Assembly (NCBI GenBank): GCA_021792955.1
Contig: JAJYTP010000003.1
Span: 18,037 to 82,036, forward strand
Source: an archaeon
GTDB taxonomy: Archaea > Thermoproteota > Nitrososphaeria > Conexivisphaerales > UBA164
Reading direction: 5' to 3'
DNA length: 64,000 bases
Each line of letters opens with the position of its first letter. Positions within the stretch are counted from its first letter, which is position 1. A model generated the notes under the pieces. It did not search any database. It had not been told where the DNA came from and saw only the letters and a list, made by a program, of their open reading frames with translations. A program made the position numbers and the translations under genes. Shown piece by piece: positions 47,818 to 57,846 of the stretch.

Positions 47818-48828
47818 ATGGCGGCTTTTGAAGATTACGGCATCACTCAAAGAAGGATCAATTACAGGCTGACCAGCGGGATCATAAAGGAATATTATGA
47901 AGACTTTATCGTCTGTGAGATACTAAAGAAGGGGATCAAGTTCTCCGCCCACGGCCATCCGCTGTTAAGGATAAAAAAAAGGGGGGTCGGCCATGTTGAA
48001 CTGGTCAGGTCACTCCCTAATGCTAACCTATTCGGTATCAAGGACAAGATATCAATAGCGTATCAGTTCGCATCCATGAAATCTAGAAGGCCGCCTATAG
48101 ATTTTAGCAGAGATGGGCTTGAGGTCTCGACGGTGGGGTTTACGGCTGAGGCCCTAGGAAGGGGTCAGCTTCTGGGGAACGCCTTCGGGATAAGGATAAG
48201 GCAATGGAAGGGGGATGATGAAGCCGTTCGGGAATGGGAGAGGTTACTGTTGAAGGGTTTGATGCCGAATTACTTTGGTCCCCAGAGGTTTGGCGGCAAC
48301 AACATCAGGATAGGTATGGATATAGTAAGGAGGAACTTCAAAGCGGCCGAGGACAGCCTTAACGATGACGGTTACCGGAACATAAGGGATGTGCCGTTAT
48401 GGCTACGCCGGCTTCTAGTTCAATCATATCAATCTTACCTCTTTAACAGGAGCCTATCAAAGGTCGTTGATGAAGGTATTAAGGGAAAGGTCATCAATGT
48501 AGCCATGGATGAAGGTCCGTTCAAAGGATACATCAGCATGGCTCCACTGGTCGGTTACTCGTTCAGGGCCAAGGATGACATCTACTCAAAGGCCCTGGTT
48601 GCCGAGTTGGAAAAGGAAGGGCTCAGGGCCAGGGATTTCTATATAGATGAATACCCTGAACTGAGCGTGGAAGGGGGTTATAGGCCTGCAGCCATCATCT
48701 CGGCCAAAGCATACCATGTAACAGAGGAGGATTCCCTTTTGGTCGGCTTCCTTCTTCACAGGGGGAGCTATGCTACATCGGCGCTCCAGGAGCTACTTGA
48801 TCATCAGCGCACGCTGGAATCGCGTTGA
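47818..48828 (+). CDS. truD: tRNA pseudouridine synthase TruD/Pus7 family
   Basis: 336 aa. It has YEDFIVCE and NYFGPQRFG. Pth2-TruD adjacency is common in archaea. Confidence 0.85.
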   Translation: MAAFEDYGITQRRINYRLTSGIIKEYYEDFIVCEILKKGIKFSAHGHPLLRIKKRGVGHVELVRSLPNANLFGIKDKISIAYQFASMKSRRPPIDFSRDGLEVSTVGFTAEALGRGQLLGNAFGIRIRQWKGDDEAVREWERLLLKGLMPNYFGPQRFGGNNIRIGMDIVRRNFKAAEDSLNDDGYRNIRDVPLWLRRLLVQSYQSYLFNRSLSKVVDEGIKGKVINVAMDEGPFKGYISMAPLVGYSFRAKDDIYSKALVAELEKEGLRARDFYIDEYPELSVEGGYRPAAIISAKAYHVTEEDSLLVGFLLHRGSYATSALQELLDHQRTLESR

Positions 48829-48841
48829 AACACGGCCTTTA

Positions 48842-49801
48842 TCAGCCCCTGGTCAGGGCGTACGATTTTATTCGGTCCTCTTCTAGGTCAAGGATCAACC
48901 CTCTTAATACCCCGCTTGCGCATTCGCTTCCTGGATTGAAGCATGTAGTTCGGCCAATCTTGACTACCCCCCTGGCTTCGTGTATGTGACCATGCAGGCC
49001 CACCAGAGGCTGGTATCGCTCTATGCTCTCCCTGACCGCTGTGCTACCGGCTGGTGCCATTACAACATTTCCACCGGTTATTACAGGTTTAAGGTCCTCA
49101 TCCAGCTTGGGTGCCTGGTCTATCAGTGAATTGATCGGCGGTGCATGAAAGTTAAAAATGGCGTTGCTCATGCCTTTAACCTGCTGTGCCAGCTTCTCTA
49201 TCATTTCTCCAAGCGCCTTTTCATCAAGCTCCCGGGGGGTGTGCCAGGGCGTGTAGTTGGCATAACCCACCGTTATCATTTCGTGGTGGCCGTCTATGTT
49301 AACCACCTTTCCTTCAGGGTTGACCACATAATCACTGGAGTTCAGGGTTTCATCTATTTCAAGAGGGTCATCATTTCCAGGCGATATATAACACTTGATT
49401 TCAGAACCTCCTAATCTTTCCTCCGCTAGCTTTATCCAATTACCGATGCTATCCTTGGCCAGCTTCTTGAATAGGGTTTCAATCATTTCTGGCTTTGCGG
49501 AAAGCTCCTCAACCTCCTTTTCATCCGTTATATATGGATAATAGCCGGAGTCCCTTATTGATTTCGACATACCCTCCACTTCTTCATGATTTTTCATGAT
49601 GTGCTCTTTTCCTGCATAAACGCATTTCCAGGTACTATCTGGCATCCTTAAAATTGGTATAGCAGTCTTACCGCTTATGTCGCCTCCGAGTATCAGGATG
49701 TCAGCGCTATAGAACGTGCCACCGTTTATGAACTTCCTGAAGCATCTATCGGACCCGTGTAAGTCAGATACGAAGAATATCCTCGTCTTCAAATGATTCA
49801 A
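48842..49801 (-). CDS. Calcineurin-like metallophosphoesterase
   Basis: 319 aa. It has IFFVSDLHGSD, ILGGDISGK, SPGNDD, FHAPP and LHGHIHEARG. Confidence 0.7.
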   Translation of the reverse strand: MNHLKTRIFFVSDLHGSDRCFRKFINGGTFYSADILILGGDISGKTAIPILRMPDSTWKCVYAGKEHIMKNHEEVEGMSKSIRDSGYYPYITDEKEVEELSAKPEMIETLFKKLAKDSIGNWIKLAEERLGGSEIKCYISPGNDDPLEIDETLNSSDYVVNPEGKVVNIDGHHEMITVGYANYTPWHTPRELDEKALGEMIEKLAQQVKGMSNAIFNFHAPPINSLIDQAPKLDEDLKPVITGGNVVMAPAGSTAVRESIERYQPLVGLHGHIHEARGVVKIGRTTCFNPGSECASGVLRGLILDLEEDRIKSYALTRG

Positions 49802-49837
49802 GTCTGTATAAGTGCTTATTAAAGCGTTTATGATGTC

Positions 49838-50623
49838 CTACGAAGAGTTCGGCCTGTCAGCTGAATAATCGATGATTTGATTTTCCGGCTCAGGGAGCTC
49901 GTACCACCTTCTTTTGTCGCCTATGAACGCTCTGATCTTCCACCTCAGGCTCTTCGGCACATCCTCGATCAATTGAAGGAGCCGAGCAATTCTGGCCCTT
50001 ACCAGCTCCTTTTTTTCGCGTTCTATATTCATTCGGGTTAAGGCATCATCAACTGTGGCGAGCGTCAATTTAAAGGTCCTGTAGATGCCCCAATTATCAC
50101 GACAAAGCCCAGCTATGTAACCACCGTTAATCATTTCATCATCAATGTCGCCTACGTCATAATCGATCAGAAGGCTGATTATATCTTTGACGTCCTTCTC
50201 ATTTATCTCGACTATCTGAAGTTTTGTAACAAGCATATCGGCCAGGGAAATTGTGTACCTATCAATTTCCAGCCTTTCCATGAAATTGAACCTGTGACAC
50301 ATCTCCAAACTGTCCAGGAAGACGTCGACCCGCCGCCTATTAGCCGCATCCTTGAATAGAAGCCGCTTTAAACCATATATGGCGTTAAACCTCTCCTCTG
50401 GGATATAACCCATATCAATAAATAGCTGCAAAAGCTTCTTGGCCTGTACTGCATGCGCCATAAAGTCCAGGTCGGTATAGTTCCTCTGCAGGCTCCCCTG
50501 TTTTGCGGACGGACAACGAAGCAAGAATGAAACTCCACCCATGAGCCTTAGAATGACCTCCCTTGACTCGGCAGCATCGATGATCCTCTTTGCTTCATCA
50601 GCTGGGTCCGATAGAGGTCGCAT
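49838..50623 (-). CDS. Hypothetical protein, possible nucleotidyltransferase fold
   Basis: 261 aa. LRLMGGVSFLL...YTDLDFMAH...RVDVF is reminiscent of a GG/GS...DxD NTase core. The C-terminal part is helical. Confidence 0.35.
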   Translation of the reverse strand: MRPLSDPADEAKRIIDAAESREVILRLMGGVSFLLRCPSAKQGSLQRNYTDLDFMAHAVQAKKLLQLFIDMGYIPEERFNAIYGLKRLLFKDAANRRRVDVFLDSLEMCHRFNFMERLEIDRYTISLADMLVTKLQIVEINEKDVKDIISLLIDYDVGDIDDEMINGGYIAGLCRDNWGIYRTFKLTLATVDDALTRMNIEREKKELVRARIARLLQLIEDVPKSLRWKIRAFIGDKRRWYELPEPENQIIDYSADRPNSS

Positions 50624-50890
50624 TCATCGCTTCTGGACCGTATTTGTATTTAACCATTGCTACCCATCCGGACAGCTCATTCGTATAAATGGCATGGGAT
50701 CCGAATTTTTCAAATAACGCGCTGGGCCTACGGCGCCGGCCGTAAGGACTCAGCTGCAAATGACAATTGTTTATATCGGACGCTCTGGGCTTGCGGTTAG
50801 GCCATCTCGATTTTCCTACGGCTTAGGGGTTGAGTAAAGTCCAAGGCTGGACGCCTAATAACGTTTTTATATGCAGTGCTCCTGTAATCG

Positions 50891-51409
50891 ATGAGGAATC
50901 AATTGAGTGAACTGGCCAAAGTAGAGGCGGCCCTATATGCATCCGGGAGGCCCCTTTCGTTGGATGAACTGATAAGGATCACCGGAGTTCCAAAGACCAG
51001 AATTAAACCCCTTTTAACCGAGCTTGAGAGTAATGTTAAGGCCTACTCTCAGGCCCTGGAGCTGGTTCAGGTTAGAGGTGACCTTTATGCGCTCAGGCTT
51101 AAACAGGACTTCGTGTATATAGCCAAAAGGTCATCACTAAGGCCTGTAATATCCAAGGCTGTATTGAGAACGCTGACCATGGTAGCATACTACCAGCCTA
51201 TATCGTCGCTGGACCTCTCCCTCAGGAGGGGCACTCAGGTTTATGGGCACCTGAAGCTTTTGGAATCTCTGGGTTATCTCAGGCATGAAGTAAAAGATAG
51301 GAGACGATATTTCTATACAACGCCATACTTTTCTTCTTACTTTGGCGTGCCGGATGATACGGATGGTATAAAAAAGAAACTTTCAAGCCTATTCAAAGCT
51401 ACGCACTAG
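50891..51409 (+). CDS. scpB: Segregation and condensation protein B (ScpB)
   Basis: 172 aa. It has VEAALYASGRPLSLDELIRITG and a second winged-helix ISKAVLRTLTMVAYYQPIS. Confidence 0.75.
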   Translation: MRNQLSELAKVEAALYASGRPLSLDELIRITGVPKTRIKPLLTELESNVKAYSQALELVQVRGDLYALRLKQDFVYIAKRSSLRPVISKAVLRTLTMVAYYQPISSLDLSLRRGTQVYGHLKLLESLGYLRHEVKDRRRYFYTTPYFSSYFGVPDDTDGIKKKLSSLFKATH

Positions 51410-51597
51410 TCAGCTGTCGGGGGCACCATGGAATCTGCCCTGATTGGCTAACAACCTGCTAACGCTGTCAAAAATAGAAAGCGGGCAAAAAGGAGCCCCT
51501 GAAAATGTTGGAGAGTGCTGGCCTGCGCGTTCAGGCCTCAGGTGATAGAACCGGAGTCCAACTAGCTTTAATTTAACATCAGATCATAACGATCTCC

Positions 51598-52509
51598 TTG
51601 GACAAATCCGTTGTAAAAATGCTTTTAACTTCCATCTTCCGGACTAGATCGTTGTTAAGCCACATTTATCAGGGGCTAGCCTTTGGAACGTTTGCGCTGG
51701 TATTTTACACGGTCGCGGACTTGCTTGTTAAATATCCTGCCGCCAAGATTGGAAATAGGGCGGTCTCGATCATAACCCTTGGAGTATCAAATGTACCCAT
51801 AGTTATTGCCCTGGTGCTGACAGCTAACGGCGCTCATTTTAGCTATATGATGGTGGTGCTATCAGCTATAAGCGGCATATGCCTTGGGGGCGGTACGCTG
51901 ATGGTACTAAAGAGCCTTGAAAGTCAGCAGGTCACTAATACAATGGCCTTAATCGAACTTGGGCTCGTGCTTACGGTCGTATATGGCATATTTATCCTGC
52001 ACGAATCGGAGCGCATTCTCGGCTACGTGGGGGTGGCGGGCATATTTATAGGATCTTTGTTGGTATCAACGAAGGGCTTGAGCATAAATACTAAACTCAT
52101 ACCGGCCATGGTGGGAAACGTCATATGGGGAGGCCAGTTCATAGCAATATATTACGCCATCAATTATACTGATAATATTTTATTCCCAGCGTTGATCTCT
52201 TCGGTCACCGCAGTGATTACAGTAGAGCTATATGTCCTGCTCTCTGGTGGTCATCATTTTCCCTTCAGGCCCGGCATGAGGAGGCCACTTTTTGTTGGCA
52301 TTATTTCCGGTGCGTTCCTGGGGCTGGGCCTCATCGCTGTGATGTTCATAATGGAATTCCACGTCCTCCCTACGGGCATGTCCATGATGGCTGTCGAGCC
52401 CGTATTCATAACCGTATTAGGCGTAGTCTTCTACAAGGATTCCATAACCAAGGTGCAGGCCCTGGGCATACTTCTGGCTACATTAGGTGCTATACTGCTT
52501 GCCGGATAA
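51598..52509 (+). CDS. EamA/DMT-superfamily transporter
   Basis: 303 aa from TTG (an alternative ATG is at 51619), with about 10 TM segments in two EamA-like halves. Confidence 0.6.
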   Translation: MDKSVVKMLLTSIFRTRSLLSHIYQGLAFGTFALVFYTVADLLVKYPAAKIGNRAVSIITLGVSNVPIVIALVLTANGAHFSYMMVVLSAISGICLGGGTLMVLKSLESQQVTNTMALIELGLVLTVVYGIFILHESERILGYVGVAGIFIGSLLVSTKGLSINTKLIPAMVGNVIWGGQFIAIYYAINYTDNILFPALISSVTAVITVELYVLLSGGHHFPFRPGMRRPLFVGIISGAFLGLGLIAVMFIMEFHVLPTGMSMMAVEPVFITVLGVVFYKDSITKVQALGILLATLGAILLAG

Positions 52510-52703
52510 ACGGTAGGCAATAGCGGCCAAGATGAACTGTCACCAGTTAACCCGGAAGCAAATTCTAACCTTCAATTTGGGCGCTCAGGAACGATCAATA
52601 TATTGAAGGCTGAAACGTGCATTAAAAGTGTTTGGCTAAGGAACTAGCCGTAGCCTCCCCTTGCTCGCCGTGCATAATCGGCTCTGCTAAATCCACACAT
52701 TTC

Positions 52704-54947
52704 TTAATTAAAAAATGTGAACGTATTACCAAGGCTAGTTACCAGTTTGACTTCGTAGACGCCATTTTCAAAGAAGGGGGAAAGATCATATATGCTTCCG
52801 CTGGGTATGATTATGGAAACGTTTTCGTGGGTTGCGGATGCGTTTGAAATAAGCCATGCGCTAATTACGGTTATCGTCTGAGGGCCCTCGTTCTCTATCA
52901 GGACGGCTGATTCATTAGCCAGAAATGTGGCCTGATCCACCTCGGTTATAGCCGTGGGTTGAATCGAAATGATCGTCGAATTGCTTATGACAGGTACAGG
53001 AATGAGCAATTGAGTTTCCTGTCCGGCCGAAACTTTCACACTTTCTAGCAGGTCCATATGGTTGGTTGATATGCTATGCATGGAAATGCTTATGGTATCG
53101 GCGGATACGGATCCAAGGGTAATGAGGGCTGTTAAAGACGTGGAACTTGATGGAATAGTAAAAGATATGTTAGTAAAAGAACTACCAGGTAGCATAAATG
53201 ATTGTCCATCTCTTAAAAAGAGATCCTGTATCTGCATGGGAATAGATTCAGGAAGGCCGAAACTGATAGAAGGCATTATTCCATTGGGAGGGTAAGCACG
53301 AATTACAAAACCATTCCAGTATGTTATGTAGCTGCTTCCCAAGGCATCTCCAACCAGCCCCAGATATTTACCATCTGCAGATACAGTTAAACTATTGGCA
53401 GTGCTGCCAAATGTAGCCAGATTGTTAGATGCTGCTCCTATATAGGCGGTAGCGCTGGAGCCTGATACTACTATATCGTATTGATACCATGTATCCGGTT
53501 TCTCATCTAATCCAGACGATGGCGCTGTCCAACTAGTCCAGGAATTAGTTGTGGCCAGTCCGGAGTAATCGGCTCCCCCTCTGCTATCGAGCCTTGCCAT
53601 TTGCCCTGCACCATTGGCATTCGCAAGAAAGTAAACATTGCCGAGGCCTGTGGTATAAACGTCGAAACTTATTATCTCATTTGTTGCTAATAACGGCACA
53701 TATGTGTACATATAATCCCCGCTTGCGGAATTTGCATAAAACGCGTTACCTGTGGAGTAATGGCTGCCGGATGGCGCGGTGGCCGTAATCCCCGCTTTTC
53801 CAGAGATATTCCAGTCGGTAACAGAAGTCGGATTCACGGCATAATAATCGAACACGTTCTGGCCATTATCGTATTGGCCATAAACAGACGAAAGCTCGGG
53901 TGCCTCGCCCAGATATACGCCATTAAAGTTTACCGAAGAGTTTTCCACTGCCATCCACAGTGTTATCTGTGAATTGCCAGCTATCCCCCCTGGAATTTTA
54001 ACCCAATAAGTAGCTACACCACCGCTTATGCCCTCAAGCCATGCATAGAGTTCTGAATTAAATGATAATGATGCAGAAGAGAAGAACCTTACGTTAGACC
54101 CGTTTGTATTTATAGTATTGAAACCATCATATAGCAGGATCGCGTTTTCATTACTTATATTAACGGTGATCATCTCTTGGAAAGGAGAAGGGGTAGGTGA
54201 TGCCTGCCCATTATCTATTGTAATCGGTATAGCCTCAAATTCGGAGTAGTTGACAGCGGATGGGTTTATGGGGGCGATTTTAAATTCAGCAGCGGCCGTA
54301 GAGGCCGTAATATATACATCCGTCAAATTTAAGTAACTTAGGCTGAGGTTCAGGGGCTTTGATTCTAGAGAGGAAAGGTAAGTGCCGTTTAGCAATATGG
54401 AAGTGTCATAAGCCGATACATATGTGCTAGGTAGATCGATCAAGAAGTTGAAGTTTTCATTTGGTTGGAGGCTGAAGGAAAATATAGCTTCCCATTTGCC
54501 ATTTATATGGTTAAAGGAGTAAACGTTGATAAACGATTCGTTAGGATCATTGATGTATTTTCCGCTTATCGCTAGCTTATAGGTTTGATATCCCGAACCT
54601 GTGTTGAAATTGAAAATACACTGATATGTAGACAAAGAGAGGCCGTTATGGCCATCGAATTCGTACAGATATGGAGGTGTATTGGTGTAATTGGAAAACT
54701 GCCCGTTATCGTTGGCTACTTCAATGTAAGAGACGTTATATTGCTGTGTTACTAGCGTATTCGAATTCGGAAGTTGGATCAAGTTTTCTTCGGATTTAGC
54801 TACTTGATTATTGAATATCTGATTCTGAGTATTAAAGAAGCTGAAGTTAGCGTCCATTATTTCATACATAGAAACTATCGCTATAACTATGATCAGGATT
54901 ACAAATATTGCAGCTATTATCCCGGCCTGCCCGCGCCTATTTTTCAA
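52704..54947 (-). CDS. Large secreted protein with type IV pilin-like (class III) signal, DUF2341-like and LamG/ConA-like regions
   Basis: 747 aa with a TTG start preceded by GGTGAT. The N-terminus is MKNRRGQAGIIAAIFVILIIVIAIV. The central EAIPITIDNGQASPTP...NGSNVRFFSS...LYAWLEGISGGVATYWVKIPGGIAGNSQITLWMAVEN resembles DUF2341. There are many NxS/T sequons, and the coding GC looks lower by eye. Confidence 0.6.
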   Translation of the reverse strand: MKNRRGQAGIIAAIFVILIIVIAIVSMYEIMDANFSFFNTQNQIFNNQVAKSEENLIQLPNSNTLVTQQYNVSYIEVANDNGQFSNYTNTPPYLYEFDGHNGLSLSTYQCIFNFNTGSGYQTYKLAISGKYINDPNESFINVYSFNHINGKWEAIFSFSLQPNENFNFLIDLPSTYVSAYDTSILLNGTYLSSLESKPLNLSLSYLNLTDVYITASTAAAEFKIAPINPSAVNYSEFEAIPITIDNGQASPTPSPFQEMITVNISNENAILLYDGFNTINTNGSNVRFFSSASLSFNSELYAWLEGISGGVATYWVKIPGGIAGNSQITLWMAVENSSVNFNGVYLGEAPELSSVYGQYDNGQNVFDYYAVNPTSVTDWNISGKAGITATAPSGSHYSTGNAFYANSASGDYMYTYVPLLATNEIISFDVYTTGLGNVYFLANANGAGQMARLDSRGGADYSGLATTNSWTSWTAPSSGLDEKPDTWYQYDIVVSGSSATAYIGAASNNLATFGSTANSLTVSADGKYLGLVGDALGSSYITYWNGFVIRAYPPNGIMPSISFGLPESIPMQIQDLFLRDGQSFMLPGSSFTNISFTIPSSSTSLTALITLGSVSADTISISMHSISTNHMDLLESVKVSAGQETQLLIPVPVISNSTIISIQPTAITEVDQATFLANESAVLIENEGPQTITVISAWLISNASATHENVSIIIPSGSIYDLSPFFENGVYEVKLVTSLGNTFTFFN

Positions 54948-55585
54948 TCATATCACCATTATGTAGATATTTCTTCCAGATTATATCTGGTCCCTTCCAA
55001 GTGTAAACATATAATTTGTCATTATTTCCCAGTTCGTTTATAGAAAAGGATGCGGGTAATCTATTTTTATTATGCAACCAATGCCACTTGAACATCCTGT
55101 TAATTGCTATTCCTTTTTATATAAGTATTACGTTGAACCTGTCATTAGTTTCGTTCCAAAATTACCCTTTTTCATAATAGAATAGGCCAATCGATATTTC
55201 CTTCATAATTTTCCTAGCCCAATATATTAGTGCCTGCGTTTTATAATTATTAACGACGCCATCAGATTTAATGTAGCTATAATATTACATGAGTGTTTCA
55301 GAGTTGGTATTGTTCTACCATTATCACTTGATAACTCTGACACTCATTTGGTCCATGCCCTCCGTAAGCTCGTATGGGAAAAAATTCGGAACATAGAGCA
55401 TCTTACAAATAAAGCAGATTAGGATAATTAGTTTGGTTGGGGATTTGGATTAGTGGATACAGATATGCGCTGGTAATTGTAATCTAATTTCATACAGCAT
55501 TAGCCGGCATTCAGGCCTTGGTCCGAATGGCCCTCATTCAGACACGAATTGCTCCTGCCGGCCCACCCGCCGGTTGGCCTGCCCT

Positions 55586-56791
55586 TTAAAGTGAGCCGCC
55601 ACCAAGTTTTTCTGTCCTATGAAATGTTCCCCCGTCAAAAAGCATCCCTCTAAAGGTGGCGTATATGATAAATGGGATGAGAATAAAATACATTATTTCC
55701 GATAGGATTGCAGTTACGGGGCTCATCCCCAGTTTGGCAGATGAAACCAGCATTGTAACCAAGCCTGCGATCAGGCTGAACGCTCCGACGGCGATAACTA
55801 TGTAATCGAAGTGAGGTATGTAGAACGCAAGCAACGCTCCTATAGCTGTGGAACATACGAACAATATTCCGACGAAGGGAGATAGCCCGGTCATTACGAT
55901 ATCGAGTTTGGACTTTAACCGCATTTTCCCTGTAGCTATCTGTCCTAAATATCTGAGTGTTGCTCTGACCATTCCCTCACTCCATCTTATCTGCTGTCTT
56001 ATCGCTTCCTCCATGGTAAAGGGCACCTCACATCTGACCACTATCTCCGGTGCATAGGCTATCTTCATTCCATCACTCAATAACCTGATTGTCAGGTCCC
56101 AATCCTCCCCTATATCCTCAACGAATGAATATTTTCTCAGGAGGTTCGTTTTGATCATAAAATTGTTCCCTGTGATCGTTACAGGTAGGCCGATTGTCCC
56201 CTTGGAAGGCTGTTCTATAAGCTGATAATAGCTCTGCATTACTGAAGTTGCTCCGGCCACCTTGCTGTAGCCTGAATCCAGGTCGGTCAACTGTACTCCT
56301 TGAACCGCATCAAATCCTTCGCCCATCTTCATAACAAACCTCTGCAAGAGGTCCTTGTCGAACAGGCTATCGGCATCGAGTATAAGGCAATATTCGGAAG
56401 TTAGGTCGCATCGCTTGACCGCTTCGTTGAGAGCCCCCCCTTTCCACCCACTTCTATTTGGCCTGTGTATCACCTTGATCCTCGGGTCAGAAGACCATCT
56501 GGCCAGTCTTTCCGATGTCCCATCATCAGAATCATCAACAACTATTATCTCATAATTGTCATAATTGAGAGAGCTACAGCTGGCAAGGGCCCTATCAACA
56601 ACCCTGCTTTCATTGTAGAGCGGCAGCAGGACAGAAACCTTAGGTCTGCGCCTGTAAGTTCCTTCTGCGTAAGTGGAAGGCCTGAACAGCTGTACTGCAG
56701 AAAAGAAATATGGCCTGACCGTGTATGCCAGGAAAGCCGTTGCCGTGATCACGTATGCGGCTATGGCGACTGATGACCATGATAATGGCAT
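55586..56791 (-). CDS. Membrane-embedded family 2 glycosyltransferase with processive-type motif set
   Basis: 401 aa. It has VLLPLYNES, VVDDSDDGT, LDADSL, GEDWDL and QQIRWSEG (QxxRW), with an N-terminal TM and several C-terminal TM helices. Confidence 0.75.
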   Translation of the reverse strand: MPLSWSSVAIAAYVITATAFLAYTVRPYFFSAVQLFRPSTYAEGTYRRRPKVSVLLPLYNESRVVDRALASCSSLNYDNYEIIVVDDSDDGTSERLARWSSDPRIKVIHRPNRSGWKGGALNEAVKRCDLTSEYCLILDADSLFDKDLLQRFVMKMGEGFDAVQGVQLTDLDSGYSKVAGATSVMQSYYQLIEQPSKGTIGLPVTITGNNFMIKTNLLRKYSFVEDIGEDWDLTIRLLSDGMKIAYAPEIVVRCEVPFTMEEAIRQQIRWSEGMVRATLRYLGQIATGKMRLKSKLDIVMTGLSPFVGILFVCSTAIGALLAFYIPHFDYIVIAVGAFSLIAGLVTMLVSSAKLGMSPVTAILSEIMYFILIPFIIYATFRGMLFDGGTFHRTEKLGGGSL

Positions 56792-56952
56792 TGGTTATAT
56801 AGGCAATTACCGCCCGTTAATAAACACGCTGAGCTTTGTAGTGTCCCTATAAGTGTGAGGGATGGGCTTTAGAGGTTTAGCCAAAATCGGTTTTCTGTGT
56901 TAGCCCGCACGATTACCTTTAAAATATTCTAAAATTATATATTAAAACTTGC

Positions 56953-57159
56953 TTACTGGTAACAGCATAATTTACTCATGTTCATTTATTAGTGACAATG
57001 GGTTTGTCGTGTAAAACGATGCAAGGGTTTCGGGCCTTTCCTCTGATGCCTTTAAATCCATACAATTATATAGATTGTTTGGCTTATTCAAATAGCAGTA
57101 ACATATTTCCTAGGCATGATTGTCAAAAATATATGAATAATTTATACCGTTATCAGTAA
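56953..57159 (+). repeat. MITE-like intergenic repeat, copy A (207 bp, imperfect 25-bp terminal inverted repeats)
   Basis: The left end TTACTGGTAACAGCATAATTTACTC matches the reverse complement of the right end TTACTGATAACGGTATAAATTATTC at 20/25 positions by hand. It is homologous to 59147-59322. Confidence 0.6.
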
Positions 57160-57846
57160 GTATGTTTATACTCCGAATTGATGTAGCTCTGAGATCATAA
57201 AAGGATATGAAAGATTTGAGGTATGAAATCTATTTGGTAAAAATTGTTTTATAGGATTGATGCCAAGATATACCTCGGCTTCAGCTATTCTGGAGTCAAC
57301 CTTTCATTTCTTTTTCCTTCTTTTTAGAAAATTGAGAGTACTTGTCGAGCTTGTTGTGTTTATCCGGGAATCGTTTTCTGCCCATACTAACTTTTTACGA
57401 CCGCGCCTTATAAAGATATTGAGGGTTTGGATGAAGCGACAAAACTCTGAAACCTGGGTGTGGAAAGTTAAGCTGATTTCAACAACGATAATGGTCTTTA
57501 GATAGCGCTCACGATGATGTGTTATGGGGATGACCATGCCCGAACTTATACCGCAGACTGGGCATAAGGCCGATGTTAGTCAAATATCGTTTAATCAAGA
57601 AAGGAGTTCCCCGCCGGTTGACTAGTCCGCAAGGGGATAGCCCTCAGGGAAGCTCACGCGCTTCAGCGTGCTAGAACGCCACGAACTTTCCTAGAGAATG
57701 TGCATTCAATAAAAGGATCACCATTTGGGATGGCGGTTATAATGTATGCGATCGGTTAAAGTTATAGTTATATGCTAGGCCCACAATGCACAAAACCATG
57801 TGCTACAGGAGGGAATGGCCATAATGGTATGGTTGGGGTCCTGATT

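Noticed and set aside
57260-57267. The shared ATGCCAAG after both MITE-like copies (57260 and 59365) as evidence that copy A carries a truncated duplicate of the OFOR gamma start.
   Set aside because: It is only an 8-nt match at different distances from the repeat ends, and the sequences diverge completely afterwards. Chance cannot be excluded.
57429-57476. A C/D-box sRNA-like arrangement: GGATGAA, about 11 nt, CTGA, 22 nt, CTGA.
   Set aside because: The C box is imperfect (GGAUGAA versus RUGAUGA). There is no convincing C' box or terminal stem. The spacing match could be chance in a 1-kb spacer.
57257-57537. Overlapping small ORFs 57257-57505 (+, 82 aa) and 57304-57537 (-, 77 aa).
   Set aside because: They are mutually exclusive and compositionally atypical, with no SD or promoter context I could support. 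I left them unannotated.
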